NCBI RefSeq assembly: GCF_016127575.1 | Contig: NZ_CP066018.1 | Coordinates: 3,390,001 to 3,422,000 of the forward strand | DNA: 32,000 bases | Source: Cupriavidus necator | Lineage (GTDB): Bacteria; Pseudomonadota; Gammaproteobacteria; Burkholderiales; Burkholderiaceae | Direction: 5' to 3' | In this document: one piece after another, positions 1 through 7,847 of the stretch | How the letters are laid out: every line of letters starts with the position of its first letter | How positions within the stretch are numbered: the stretch's first letter is position 1 | The notes under the pieces: model-generated | Databases searched by the model: none | Told to the model about the DNA's origin: nothing | Seen by the model: only the letters and a program-made list of their open reading frames with translations | Made by a program: the position numbers and the translations under genes

Positions 1-736
1 GCCAGACTGTATTGGCGCCAAGGGCGGGCGCATACTCGATCAGTTCAATTAGTGCGTTGCGGAACACCACCTTGCCAGGCGTGCGCGCCACGTCGCGCCC
101 GGGTAGAAATTCCAGCGCGGGGCGCCCCGCAGGCAGCCCAGGCACCTTTGACAACAGCTCACTGGCGTCCTGCAGCCAGTGATGGGCGCCTTGCAGGAAG
201 TTGGCGCCGAAGGTGCTCGAGGCGGTCCTGGCAATGGTCGGATTCATCCACCAAACATTGCCGGGCGCGAGCAGGTCAAGCCATTGCCGGGCGCAGAAGG
301 CGACGATGTGCTGGTGATGACGCGACAGGCCGTCAATATCCTGCGTCAGCGACTCCCAGAAGGCTTCGTTGCGCATGAACGCATCGCGCCAGCAGCGATA
401 AGGCCAGTCCTGCCAGCCGGCATCGGCAAAGCGCTGATCGCTGAGGTCAACGGACGGCGGCTCGGCCGCGGTCGGCAACAGCCGTGGCCAGTCCTCGATG
501 CTGTGCTGCAGCCACACCTGCCATGCCTGCACAATCTTTGCCGGGGAGATGCCGAGCTGCAGCGCCCAGTCGAGTCCGGCCAGACTTGCCGAGATCACCG
601 ACAGGCCCCCGGTGGCACGGGCCAGGCCGGCGCGGATCTGCTTGTCCATCCAGACTTGCGCCGGTATGGCGGCCTGCGGCGCGCATTCCGGCATGGCCGA
701 CAGGCTGGGCGGTGACGTCCTGTCGTCGATCCTCAT
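1..736 (-). CDS. phaC: Class I poly(3-hydroxyalkanoate) synthase, N-terminal ~245 codons; the gene continues past the left edge of the window
   Basis: Absent from the ORF track because it has no stop inside the window. My own minus-strand translation from ATG 736-734 stays open to position 1: MRIDDRTSPP...DLSDQRFADAGWQDWPYRCW...QWLDLLAPGNVWWMNPT...LPGRDVARTPGKVVFRNALIELIEYAP. These match the conserved N-terminal blocks of class I PHA synthases. The ATG overlaps the phaB stop (ATGA, 733-736). Confidence 0.75.
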   Translation of the reverse strand, partial: MRIDDRTSPPSLSAMPECAPQAAIPAQVWMDKQIRAGLARATGGLSVISASLAGLDWALQLGISPAKIVQAWQVWLQHSIEDWPRLLPTAAEPPSVDLSDQRFADAGWQDWPYRCWRDAFMRNEAFWESLTQDIDGLSRHHQHIVAFCARQWLDLLAPGNVWWMNPTIARTASSTFGANFLQGAHHWLQDASELLSKVPGLPAGRPALEFLPGRDVARTPGKVVFRNALIELIEYAPALGANTVW

Positions 737-1479
737 TGCAGGTGTTGCCCGCCGTTGATGGCAAAATTCGCGCCAGTGACGAAGGCCCCGTCGTCGCTGC
801 ACAGGTAAGAGATCAGCGCCGCGACCTCGGCCGGCTTGCCTAGCCGGCCGACCGGGATAGTCGGCAACACGTCCCGCTCGAGGATCTCGGCGGGCATGTC
901 CGTCACCATGTGCGTATCCAGGTAGCCCGGCGAAACGGTGTTGACGGTGATGCCTTTGCGTGCGAGTTCCAGCGCCAGCGCCTTGGTGAAGCCATGTACC
1001 CCCGCCTTGGCGGCGGCATAGTTGGTCTGGCCAAAGGCGCCCCGCGAGGCATTGACCGAAGAAATATTGACGATCCGGCCCCAACCGCGCGCCAACATCG
1101 GCTCAACCAGCGGCCGCGTCATATGAAAGAGCGAGTCGAGGTCCGTGCGCAGCACGAAGTCCCAGTCAGCCTTATCCATCTTGCGCAGGGTCCGGTCGCG
1201 CGTGACCCCGGCATTGTTGATCAGAATATCGACGTCGCCGAGCTCGCTGCGCACTTGCGACACGCAGCGCTGGCAGGACGCGAAGTCCGTCACGTCGACC
1301 GGGAACGCCGTGAATTCGCGGCCGGCGGAGCGTTGCGTGCCGAGCCACTGGGCCACGTGGTCATTGTGTACGGAGTGCGTCACCACGACGCGCGCGCCGT
1401 CGGCCAGCAGCCGCACGGCAATCGCTTCGCCGAGGCCGCCCATGCCTCCCGTTACCAGGGCAATGCGTTGTCCGGCCAT
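733..1479 (-). CDS. phaB: NADPH-dependent acetoacetyl-CoA reductase (short-chain dehydrogenase/reductase)
   Basis: 248-aa SDR with cofactor loop VTGGMGGLG, NNAG, and catalytic YAAAKAG. It resembles PhaB reductases along its full length. GGAG lies upstream of ATG 1479. The gene is flanked by a phasin-like gene and phaC. Confidence 0.9.
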   Translation of the reverse strand: MAGQRIALVTGGMGGLGEAIAVRLLADGARVVVTHSVHNDHVAQWLGTQRSAGREFTAFPVDVTDFASCQRCVSQVRSELGDVDILINNAGVTRDRTLRKMDKADWDFVLRTDLDSLFHMTRPLVEPMLARGWGRIVNISSVNASRGAFGQTNYAAAKAGVHGFTKALALELARKGITVNTVSPGYLDTHMVTDMPAEILERDVLPTIPVGRLGKPAEVAALISYLCSDDGAFVTGANFAINGGQHLQ

Positions 1480-1483
1480 CTCG

Positions 1484-1963
1484 TCAGCTCCGTGACGCGC
1501 CGGCGGGGCGCGCCGGGGCCTTCGCGCCTGGGGTAGGGACGGCCATCAGGCGGCCGACGTTGTCGAACATTTCGCGCGCCGATTCCGCAAAGGGCGCGTA
1601 GCCGCCTCCCTCCACCATGACCCTTTGCTGGTAGTCCTGCCAGGCTTCGGTCGACTCGCGCAGGTGCTCCATGAAGGCCGAGGCCATTTCTATGTAAAGA
1701 CCGCCAATGTCGCGTGCATGTGCGGCGTTGCGCTCGACCTGCGCGGCCAGAATCTGAGCGGGCAGGCCATGGAAGGCGTTCCAGTCTGGCGCATCGTTGA
1801 CGCGGGCGAGCGCCTGCCGGGTGCCTTTTATGTCCTCGTCCAGGGCCTTGAGGCGGAGCCTGAGCAACATCTGGCGCGATTCTTCCCAGCGCAGCCAAAT
1901 GCGCAGGGCGGACTGCTCGGCGCAGCGCGCGAGTTCGAAGGCGGGATCGGTCTGGTCTGGCAT
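1484..1963 (-). CDS. Helical phasin-like protein (function uncertain)
   Basis: Track ORF 1484..2152 trimmed to the internal ATG at 1963, which has GGAG ~7 nt upstream. The 63 upstream codons are Arg/Pro-rich. The 159-aa product is Ala/Glu/Arg/Gln-rich and its stop lies 4 nt before the phaB start. The phasin call rests on composition and position, not on a diagnostic motif. Confidence 0.5.
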   Translation of the reverse strand: MPDQTDPAFELARCAEQSALRIWLRWEESRQMLLRLRLKALDEDIKGTRQALARVNDAPDWNAFHGLPAQILAAQVERNAAHARDIGGLYIEMASAFMEHLRESTEAWQDYQQRVMVEGGGYAPFAESAREMFDNVGRLMAVPTPGAKAPARPAGASRS

Positions 1964-2046
1964 GGAGGAACTCCTATAGTCAAGCGGCTGGCCTGCCCCG
2001 GGGCGCGCAGGTCTGGATAAGTCTAGGAGGGCAACCTTGGCGGGGC

Positions 2047-2060
2047 TTGACGTATCGCAA
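2047..2060. promoter_or_regulatory. Degenerate FNR/FixK-like box TTGAC-GTAT-CGCAA (reads TTGCG-ATAC-GTCAA in phasin orientation)
   Basis: 7/10 match to TTGAT-N4-ATCAA. Centre is ~90 bp upstream of the phasin ATG (1963). It has the same TTGCG-N4-RTCAA form as the box upstream of groEL. Confidence 0.3.
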
Positions 2061-2238
2061 GGAGTGCGCAATGCGTCGGGCGGCGCGCGGCATCGCCAAG
2101 CCGCGCCGGGTTCGTCAGAGCGCAGGGGTCGCATGGCCGGCGGCCTGCGCATTGTGGCCGGACACCCGGAGAGGCAAGGCCGATCAGGAGCCGGGACCGA
2201 GCTGTCCTGCTACATGCCGCGAGCAAACGGGCTTTCCT

Positions 2239-2252
2239 TTGATCCATCCCAA
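2239..2252. promoter_or_regulatory. FNR-like half-degenerate box TTGAT-CCAT-CCCAA
   Basis: Perfect left half-site and 3/5 right half-site. Centre is ~80 bp upstream of the GTG start of the nitroreductase-PRTase-BON operon. With one flanking T it matches the 6201-6215 site at 14 of 15 positions. Confidence 0.4.
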
Positions 2253-2324
2253 ATGGCAGGGCCGGCTTGCCGCCTACGTTAATCCCAGGGGGGCGTTGCC
2301 GACCCCATCGATCCGGAGCACGAC

Positions 2325-2930
2325 GTGACACATCCCATCGTTTTATCCGAAGCCGGCGCGGAATACCTGAAGCTGCCGCCACCGCAGACCGAAGGCGGCA
2401 TGCCGCTGCTGACGGCGCTGCTGCAGCGCCGCTCGACCCGACACTTTGCTGCGCGGAACCTGGATGACACACTGCTGTCGTCCCTGCTGTGGGCGGCTTT
2501 CGGCGTCAACCGCCCGGGCACCGGCCTGCGCACTGCGCCCTCGACCCGCAACTGGCAGGAAATCGACCTGTACGCGGCGCTGCGCGACGGACTGTACGTG
2601 CTTGAACCGGCGGACTGGCGCCTTCGGCTGGTCGTCGGCGCAGACCTGCGCGCGGCGACCGGCCTGCAGGACTATGTTGCCGAGGCGCCATTGAATCTCG
2701 TCTATGTCAGCCGGCTCTCCAGGCTCGATGAGACCGACAAGCCGCTGCGCCAGTTCTATACCGCGCTGGATACGGGGCATATCAGCCAGAACGTTTACCT
2801 CTTCTGCGCCGCGTCCGGGCTGGCCACGGTGGCGCGCGGGCTGCTGGACCGCCGCGCGCTGGCCACTGCCATGCGGCTGGCGCCCGACCAGCGCGTGATC
2901 CTGGCCCAGAGCGTGGGCTATCCGGCGTAA
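2325..2930 (+). CDS. SagB/ThcOx-type nitroreductase-family protein
   Basis: 201 aa. GTG start with GGAG 6 nt upstream. Motifs: LLQRRSTRHF, LLWAAFGVNR, RTAPS, GLYVLEP. C-terminal FMN-fold region: DTGHISQNVYLFCAASGLATV. Paralogue of the 8597..9262 gene. Confidence 0.8.
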   Translation: MTHPIVLSEAGAEYLKLPPPQTEGGMPLLTALLQRRSTRHFAARNLDDTLLSSLLWAAFGVNRPGTGLRTAPSTRNWQEIDLYAALRDGLYVLEPADWRLRLVVGADLRAATGLQDYVAEAPLNLVYVSRLSRLDETDKPLRQFYTALDTGHISQNVYLFCAASGLATVARGLLDRRALATAMRLAPDQRVILAQSVGYPA

Positions 2931-2962
2931 GCCGCCACCCAGGCAGCCAAAGGAGGGGGGTA

Positions 2963-3589
2963 ATGCCATTCATTGACAGGGCCGATGCCGCCGCACAACT
3001 GGCGCGTGCGCTTGCTGGCCACGCAGGAAAACGGCCGCTGGTGCTGGCCGTGCCCCGCGGTGCGGTGCCGATGGGCGCCATCATTGCCGATGCGCTCGGC
3101 GCGGACCTTGACGTCGTGCTCGTGCGCAAACTCGGCGCACCGGGCAACCCGGAGTTCGCCATCGGCGCCGTAGACGAGAGCGGGTGGACCTATCTTACGC
3201 CCTATGCCGCCGCGGCAGGCGCCGACAGCGAATACATCGACCGCGAGCGCGCGGCCCAGCTTGAGGTGCTGCGGCGCCGCCGCGCCGCCTACACGCCGGG
3301 CCGGGAACCGGTCCGCGCCACCGGTCGACAGGTCATCATCGTGGACGACGGCCTGGCGACCGGGGCCTCGATGATCGCCGCGCTGCACGCCATCCGCGAG
3401 CAGAAGCCCGCGCGGCTCGTCTGCGCGGTGCCGGTGGCGCCGCCGCGGACGCTGGAGCTGTTGCAGCCCTATGTCGACGAGGTGGTATGCCTGGAGACGC
3501 CGGCCGGCTTCCGGGCAGTGGGGGAGTTCTACCGCGACTTCTCGCAGGTCGAGGATGCGGAGGTCGTGGCTTGCCTGAAAGGGCGGTAA
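2963..3589 (+). CDS. Phosphoribosyltransferase-family protein
   Basis: 208 aa. Strong RBS AAGGAGGGGGG. PRPP-binding loop VIIVDDGLATGAS. N-terminal RGAVPMG pattern typical of stand-alone putative PRTases found in stress clusters. Confidence 0.85.
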   Translation: MPFIDRADAAAQLARALAGHAGKRPLVLAVPRGAVPMGAIIADALGADLDVVLVRKLGAPGNPEFAIGAVDESGWTYLTPYAAAAGADSEYIDRERAAQLEVLRRRRAAYTPGREPVRATGRQVIIVDDGLATGASMIAALHAIREQKPARLVCAVPVAPPRTLELLQPYVDEVVCLETPAGFRAVGEFYRDFSQVEDAEVVACLKGR

Positions 3590-3614
3590 AGACACGCACA
3601 AGCGGGGGGCACCC

Positions 3615-4271
3615 ATGAAGGGCGACAGGCAGCTGCAGCAGGACGTGACCGAGGCGCTGATCTGGGATCCTGCGGTCCATGGCAACGAGATCGGGGTCCA
3701 GGTCCAGGACGGCGTCGTCACGCTGACCGGGCACCTTGGAACCTTTGCCGAGAAGTACTCGGCGGAAGCGGCCGTCAGGCGCATTCCCGGCGTGCGGGCG
3801 CTGGCCGTGGAACTGGACGTTCACCTGCCCGACGATGCGCGCCGCACCGATGCCGACATTGCCCGGGCCGCTGCCAACGTGCTGTCCTGGGATGCGACGG
3901 TGCCGGCCGACCGTATCCGGATCCTGGTCGAACACGGCGTGGTGACCCTGAGCGGCGATGTCGACTGGTACTACCAGCGCACCGCCGCCGAGCACGCCGT
4001 GGCCGGACTGTTCGGCGTGGTCGGGGTCACCAATGCGCTCGCCATCCGGCCTCGTGCCGACAAGCAGGACGTGGCGGCACGGATCCAGGCGGCCATCGCA
4101 CGCCAGGCTGCCAGCGACGCCGACCAGGTAACCGTGACGGTGAGGGATGGCGCGGTGACGCTGACCGGCACTCTGCGCACGCTGGCCGAGCGCGAGGCGG
4201 CATTCGAAGCGGCCTGGTCTGCACCGGGCGTCAGCGCGGTCGTCAACCAGATCGAAGTCAGGCCCGGCTAG
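3615..4271 (+). CDS. BON-domain protein (OsmY-like, three BON repeats)
   Basis: 218 aa with three repeats of the BON pattern (VQVQDGVVTLTGHL, ILVEHGVVTLSGDV, VTVRDGAVTLTGTL). Each repeat is followed by a ...AE.AA..IPGV..V.N.I.V-type segment. Confidence 0.85.
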   Translation: MKGDRQLQQDVTEALIWDPAVHGNEIGVQVQDGVVTLTGHLGTFAEKYSAEAAVRRIPGVRALAVELDVHLPDDARRTDADIARAAANVLSWDATVPADRIRILVEHGVVTLSGDVDWYYQRTAAEHAVAGLFGVVGVTNALAIRPRADKQDVAARIQAAIARQAASDADQVTVTVRDGAVTLTGTLRTLAEREAAFEAAWSAPGVSAVVNQIEVRPG

Positions 4272-4290
4272 CTCAGGCCTGCACCGTTGC

Positions 4291-5928
4291 TCAGTATTCT
4301 TCGCCGAACATCGACGACCCCGTGCGCATGCCGGCATCGCCCTGGCCGGCGGGGCTGCGCTGAATCGCGATCATGCAGTCCGTCGTCAGCAGCAGGGAGG
4401 CGATCGACACGGCATTTTGCAGGGCCGTGCGTACCACCTTGACGGGGTCGATCACGCCGAGTTCCAGCATGTCGCCATAGCGCTCGGTGCCGGCGTCGTA
4501 GCCGAGCGTGCCCGAGCCGACGCATACCTGGTGCACCACTGCGTCGGCATCCGCACCGGCGTTGGCGGCGATCTGCCGCATCGGCGCGGCCAGTGCCGCG
4601 TGGACGATGTGGCCGCCGGCGGCCTGCTCGGCGTTCGGTGCCTGCCAGGCTTCGAGGGCAGCGCGGGCGCGCAGCAGCGCAACGCCGCCGCCGGCGACGA
4701 TGCCTTCGTCCACCGCGGCGCGGGTGGCGTGCAAAGCATCCTGGAAGCGGTTCTTGCGCTCGTGCAGCGCGCTCTCGGTGGCCGCACCCACCTTGATCAC
4801 AGCCACGCCGCCGGCCAGCCGGGCCAGGCGCCGCTGCAGCGCCTCACGCTCATAGTCCGAGCGCACCTCGTCCAGGCGCAGGCGCAGGGCGGCAATGCGC
4901 TCGGCCACGCGCGGGCGTTCGTCACCGGAGCCGATCAGGGTGGTGGTGTCCTTGTTGACCTCCACGCGGCGGGCTTCGCCAAGCTGTTCCAGCGTGACGT
5001 GCTCGAGCGAGATGCCGGCCTGCGGTGAGACCACCGTGGCGCCGGTCAGCGCGGCCAGGTCGCCCAGCTGCTCGGTGCGCGAGTCGCCGAAACCCGGTGA
5101 CTTGACTGCGCAGCTCTTCAGCGCGCCGCGCAGGTTGTTCACCACGAGCGTGGCCAGGGCCTCGCCCTCCACATCGTTGGCGATGACCAGCAAGGGCCGG
5201 CCAGCGTGGCTCACGGCCTCAAGGACCGGCAGCAGTTGCGCGATGGCGGCAATGTTCGCGTCGCACAGCAGCACCAGCGGCGAATCCAGCACGACGGCAC
5301 GGCTCTCGTTGGTCGCGAACAAGGGCGAGAGGTAGCCGCGATCGATCAGCGCGCCGTCGGCGATGTCGAGTGCGTCGTCCAGCTTGGAGCCATCCTCCAC
5401 GCTGATTGCGCCATCCTTGCCGACCCGCTCGACAGCCTGCGCCACCAGCGTGCCGACGGTCTGGTCGCCGCTGGCCGAGATGGTGGCGATCTGGCGCATC
5501 TCGCCGGTACTGCTGCAGGGCCGGGCGCTTTCCAGCAAGGCGCTGGCGACCAGCTTGCCGGCGGCCTCGATGCCGCGCTTGAGTTGCATGGGGTCGTGGC
5601 CGGCTTCGACGTATTTCACGCCCTCAGCCACGATCGCGTGGGCCAGCGTGGTCGCAGTGGTGGTGCCATCGCCAGCGATCTCGCTGGTGCGCACCGCGGC
5701 CTCGCAGAGCAGGCGGGCGCCCATGTCGGCGAACGGATTGGCCAGCGTCACCGACTTCGCCACGACCACGCCGGAATTGGCGACCAGCGGCACCATGTCG
5801 GGCCGCTCCACGATCACGTTGCGGCCTCCCGGGCCCAGCGTGACCTTGACCGCGTGGGCCAGTTGTTCCACGCCGCTCAGCATCATGCGGCGCGCGCCTT
5901 GGTGGAAGATAAGTGTTCTGGCAGGCAT
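4291..5928 (-). CDS. groEL: Chaperonin GroEL paralogue (no adjacent groES)
   Basis: Track ORF trimmed to ATG 5928 (GGAG upstream). 545 aa with AGDGTTTAT, VKVTLGPGGRNV and GGGVALL motifs. The C-terminus ends ...GMRTGSSMFGEEY instead of a GGM repeat tail. Confidence 0.9.
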   Translation of the reverse strand: MPARTLIFHQGARRMMLSGVEQLAHAVKVTLGPGGRNVIVERPDMVPLVANSGVVVAKSVTLANPFADMGARLLCEAAVRTSEIAGDGTTTATTLAHAIVAEGVKYVEAGHDPMQLKRGIEAAGKLVASALLESARPCSSTGEMRQIATISASGDQTVGTLVAQAVERVGKDGAISVEDGSKLDDALDIADGALIDRGYLSPLFATNESRAVVLDSPLVLLCDANIAAIAQLLPVLEAVSHAGRPLLVIANDVEGEALATLVVNNLRGALKSCAVKSPGFGDSRTEQLGDLAALTGATVVSPQAGISLEHVTLEQLGEARRVEVNKDTTTLIGSGDERPRVAERIAALRLRLDEVRSDYEREALQRRLARLAGGVAVIKVGAATESALHERKNRFQDALHATRAAVDEGIVAGGGVALLRARAALEAWQAPNAEQAAGGHIVHAALAAPMRQIAANAGADADAVVHQVCVGSGTLGYDAGTERYGDMLELGVIDPVKVVRTALQNAVSIASLLLTTDCMIAIQRSPAGQGDAGMRTGSSMFGEEY

Positions 5929-5997
5929 GAAAAACTCCGCATTGACAATCAGTGGGTCGGGCTTGCTACTACGGTAGTTGCCGTGCAGGTCCGCACG

Positions 5998-6011
5998 TTG
6001 ATGCAACGCAA
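5998..6011. promoter_or_regulatory. Degenerate FNR/FixK-like box TTGAT-GCAA-CGCAA (TTGCG-TTGC-ATCAA in groEL orientation)
   Basis: 8/10 match. Centre is ~77 bp upstream of the groEL ATG 5928. Confidence 0.35.
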
Positions 6012-6201
6012 GCCCGGGGTGGCGCCCGCCGCCTGTGACAGGCGCGCTTCATTCCGGCCGGTCGCTGTCCAGTACGGGCACGGGATGCCCGGGCTCCAGC
6101 GGCTCCAGCGCCTTGGTCTCATCCAGGTGGAAGAGGGGCATTGCGCGACCTGCTACGGCGGGTCATGTAGGCGGTGTCGCCTGCAGGTGTCTGGTCATTG
6201 T

Positions 6202-6215
6202 TTGATCCAGCCCAA
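6202..6215. promoter_or_regulatory. FNR-like half-degenerate box TTGAT-CCAG-CCCAA
   Basis: Lies in the 518-bp divergent groEL/hydrolase intergenic region. With the preceding T it matches the 2238-2252 site at 14 of 15 positions. Confidence 0.35.
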
Positions 6216-6446
6216 GTCGATGGCCGCGCAGGCGCATAGCTTTAACAGTGTGAACGCGCCCCGTCGTCAGCACGACTAAGGAAATGCAACTGGCGCGGGA
6301 CATCGGCAACCCCATCCAACATGCCTGCGGGGAGCGCTGACGATGGACCTCGGCATCGCCGAGACCGAACTGAACGTGCACTGGCACAGGACGCGATGGT
6401 GGCGCGGCCGTTGGCAAGGACAGGAAGAGGGGGGAAGGGAAGTCTC

Positions 6447-7115
6447 ATGGAGCACATCACCATCGAACAGGTGCGGATCCATATCGGCGACATCGCGCTG
6501 CCAGGCGACCTTACCCTGCCGGAAGCGGCATCCGGCCTGGTCCTGTTCGCACATGGCAGCGGCAGTTCGCGCTACAGCGTGCGCAGCCGCGGGGTCGCAG
6601 CGACGCTGAATCGGGTGGGCCTGGGCACGCTACTGTTTGACCTGTTGGCGCCGGACGAGGACGCCGGGAGGTCGAAGCGATTCGACATCGCCCTGCTCGG
6701 GGAACGCCTCAAAGCTGCCACGGTCACGGTCGCGCACCTGACGCGCGATCGCCACCTGCGGCTCGGCTACTTCGCCGCCAGTATGGGGGCTGCCGCGGCC
6801 ATCCGTGCCGCCGCTGAGCCGCCGCCGCGCATGCGGATCGACGCGGTGGTGGCGCGCGGAGGCCGCGTGGACCTGGCAGGCCACGAGGCGCTGCGCCAAC
6901 TGCAGTCCCCGACGCTGATGATCGTAGGCGAAGCGGATCCGGTGGTGCTGAAGCTCAACGCGCGCGCCACCGCATGGATGCAATGCGAGAAGCGGCTGGA
7001 GGTGATTCCCGGCGCTACTCACCTGTTCGAGCAGCCGGGTGCGCTGGAACAGGTCGGCGAGCTCGCCGGAAAATGGTTCTGCCAGCATTTTGCAGCGGCT
7101 GGCGGGAACTTGTAG
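6447..7115 (+). CDS. Alpha/beta hydrolase, dienelactone-hydrolase-like
   Basis: Track ORF 6321..7115 trimmed to ATG 6447 (RBS GGAAGGGA). 222 aa. Motifs: LVLFAHGSGSSRYS, nucleophile-elbow-like YFAASMGAAAA, and C-terminal IPGATHLF histidine motif. Confidence 0.75.
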   Translation: MEHITIEQVRIHIGDIALPGDLTLPEAASGLVLFAHGSGSSRYSVRSRGVAATLNRVGLGTLLFDLLAPDEDAGRSKRFDIALLGERLKAATVTVAHLTRDRHLRLGYFAASMGAAAAIRAAAEPPPRMRIDAVVARGGRVDLAGHEALRQLQSPTLMIVGEADPVVLKLNARATAWMQCEKRLEVIPGATHLFEQPGALEQVGELAGKWFCQHFAAAGGNL

Positions 7116-7178
7116 TTCGACAGGATTTCCATGGTGCCGTGCGATGCACGGCGATGACTCAGTGAAAAGGAGAATGAA

Positions 7179-7511
7179 ATGAACGATACTCGCGCCGCGC
7201 TCTTGCCGCACAAGGAAGCACTAGCCCGTGATGCCAACACGCTGTTGGCGGATGTACAGGCATTGTTGCGGGATGTTGCCGACGAAGCCGGCGTGGAGAC
7301 CGCGCAGGCACGCGCGCAGCTGAGCGCACGCCTGCACGCGCTCCAGGGCCGCCTCGCCGAGCAACGCCAGGCGGCGCGCATGCGTGTCTCGCAATGGGCC
7401 GACACCACGGATCGCTACGTCCACGCACATCCCTGGGAGAGCATGGGCTCCGTCGCCGCTGTCGCGGCCGTGGCTGGCGCCCTGGTCGCGCTGGCCGTCA
7501 CCCGCCGTTAG
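7179..7511 (+). CDS. DUF883 / ElaB-YqjD-like membrane-anchored stress protein
   Basis: 110 aa. RBS AAAGGAGAA. Long helical N-terminal part, then HPWESMGSVAAVAAVAGALVALAVTRR, the typical C-terminal tail anchor of the ElaB/YqjD/YgaM family. Confidence 0.8.
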   Translation: MNDTRAALLPHKEALARDANTLLADVQALLRDVADEAGVETAQARAQLSARLHALQGRLAEQRQAARMRVSQWADTTDRYVHAHPWESMGSVAAVAAVAGALVALAVTRR

Positions 7512-7542
7512 CGCGGGCACGGCAGGCAGGCTGCTGCAGCCA

Positions 7543-7847
7543 GTGGCCGGTTGCGAAGCCATGGTCGTGTGCACGCTGGACCGTCCGGATGCCAGGCTGG
7601 TGCCGCTGCTGTGGCCCGCTGCCGCAGCCAGGGAAGGTGGCGCCGTGCGGGTCGGACTGGTGGCGCCATACCTCGCGTACATGCGCCAGGACAAGCTCTT
7701 CCCGACAGGCTGCAAGCGGTCGCGGCCGACATTGTCACGTGCGACACCGTTGCGCACCCATCCAACCGCATTCCCGTAGCAGAGCGCCTGGCAGCCGGCA
7801 TCCGGCTGGCACTCCAGGCGCCAGCGGGTTCAGGAGATCCGTCATGA
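7543..7847 (+). pseudogene. prs: Ribose-phosphate pyrophosphokinase (Prs) remnant: N-terminally truncated and internally deleted
   Basis: One frame reads VAGCEAMVVCTLDRPDARLVPLLWPAAAAREGGAVRVGLVAPYLAYMRQDK (7543-7695). This is the Prs signature; compare E. coli VRGGDIFIIQS...[22 protein letters not shown]. From ~7710 another frame reads AADIVTCDTVAHPSNRIPVAERLAAGI, corresponding to the Prs C-terminal ...VVVCDTIP...LAEAI. About 200 central codons are missing. The stop overlaps the next gene's ATG (ATGA, 7844-7847). Confidence 0.6.

Noticed and set aside
179-715. 178-aa + strand ORF at the left end (and the overlapping 447..764 and 484..843 ORFs)
   Set aside because: It is antisense to, or out of frame with, the hand-translated phaC reading frame, which has clear PHA-synthase motifs. 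Its composition is Arg/Gly/Ala/Pro-rich, typical of high-GC shadow ORFs.
2193-2208. GGGAC-CGAGCT-GTCCT inverted repeat resembling a DosR-type box
   Set aside because: The spacer is 6 rather than 4, only 4-5 bp arms pair, and it is a single occurrence. A second partial GGGAC...ACCC at ~11835 does not share the structure.
4259-4281. CAGGCC...GGCCTG hairpin between the convergent BON and groEL genes
   Set aside because: It has only a 6-bp stem with an 11-nt loop, no U-tract, and it overlaps the BON stop codon.
2918-4337. 288-aa and 333-aa minus-strand ORFs (2918..3784 and 3336..4337)
   Set aside because: They are antisense to the PRTase and BON genes, which have strong RBSs and clear domain motifs.
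5206-6279. 357-aa + strand ORF
   Set aside because: It lies antisense to groEL for most of its length. It has low-complexity Ala/Gly/Arg/His composition and no recognisable motif.
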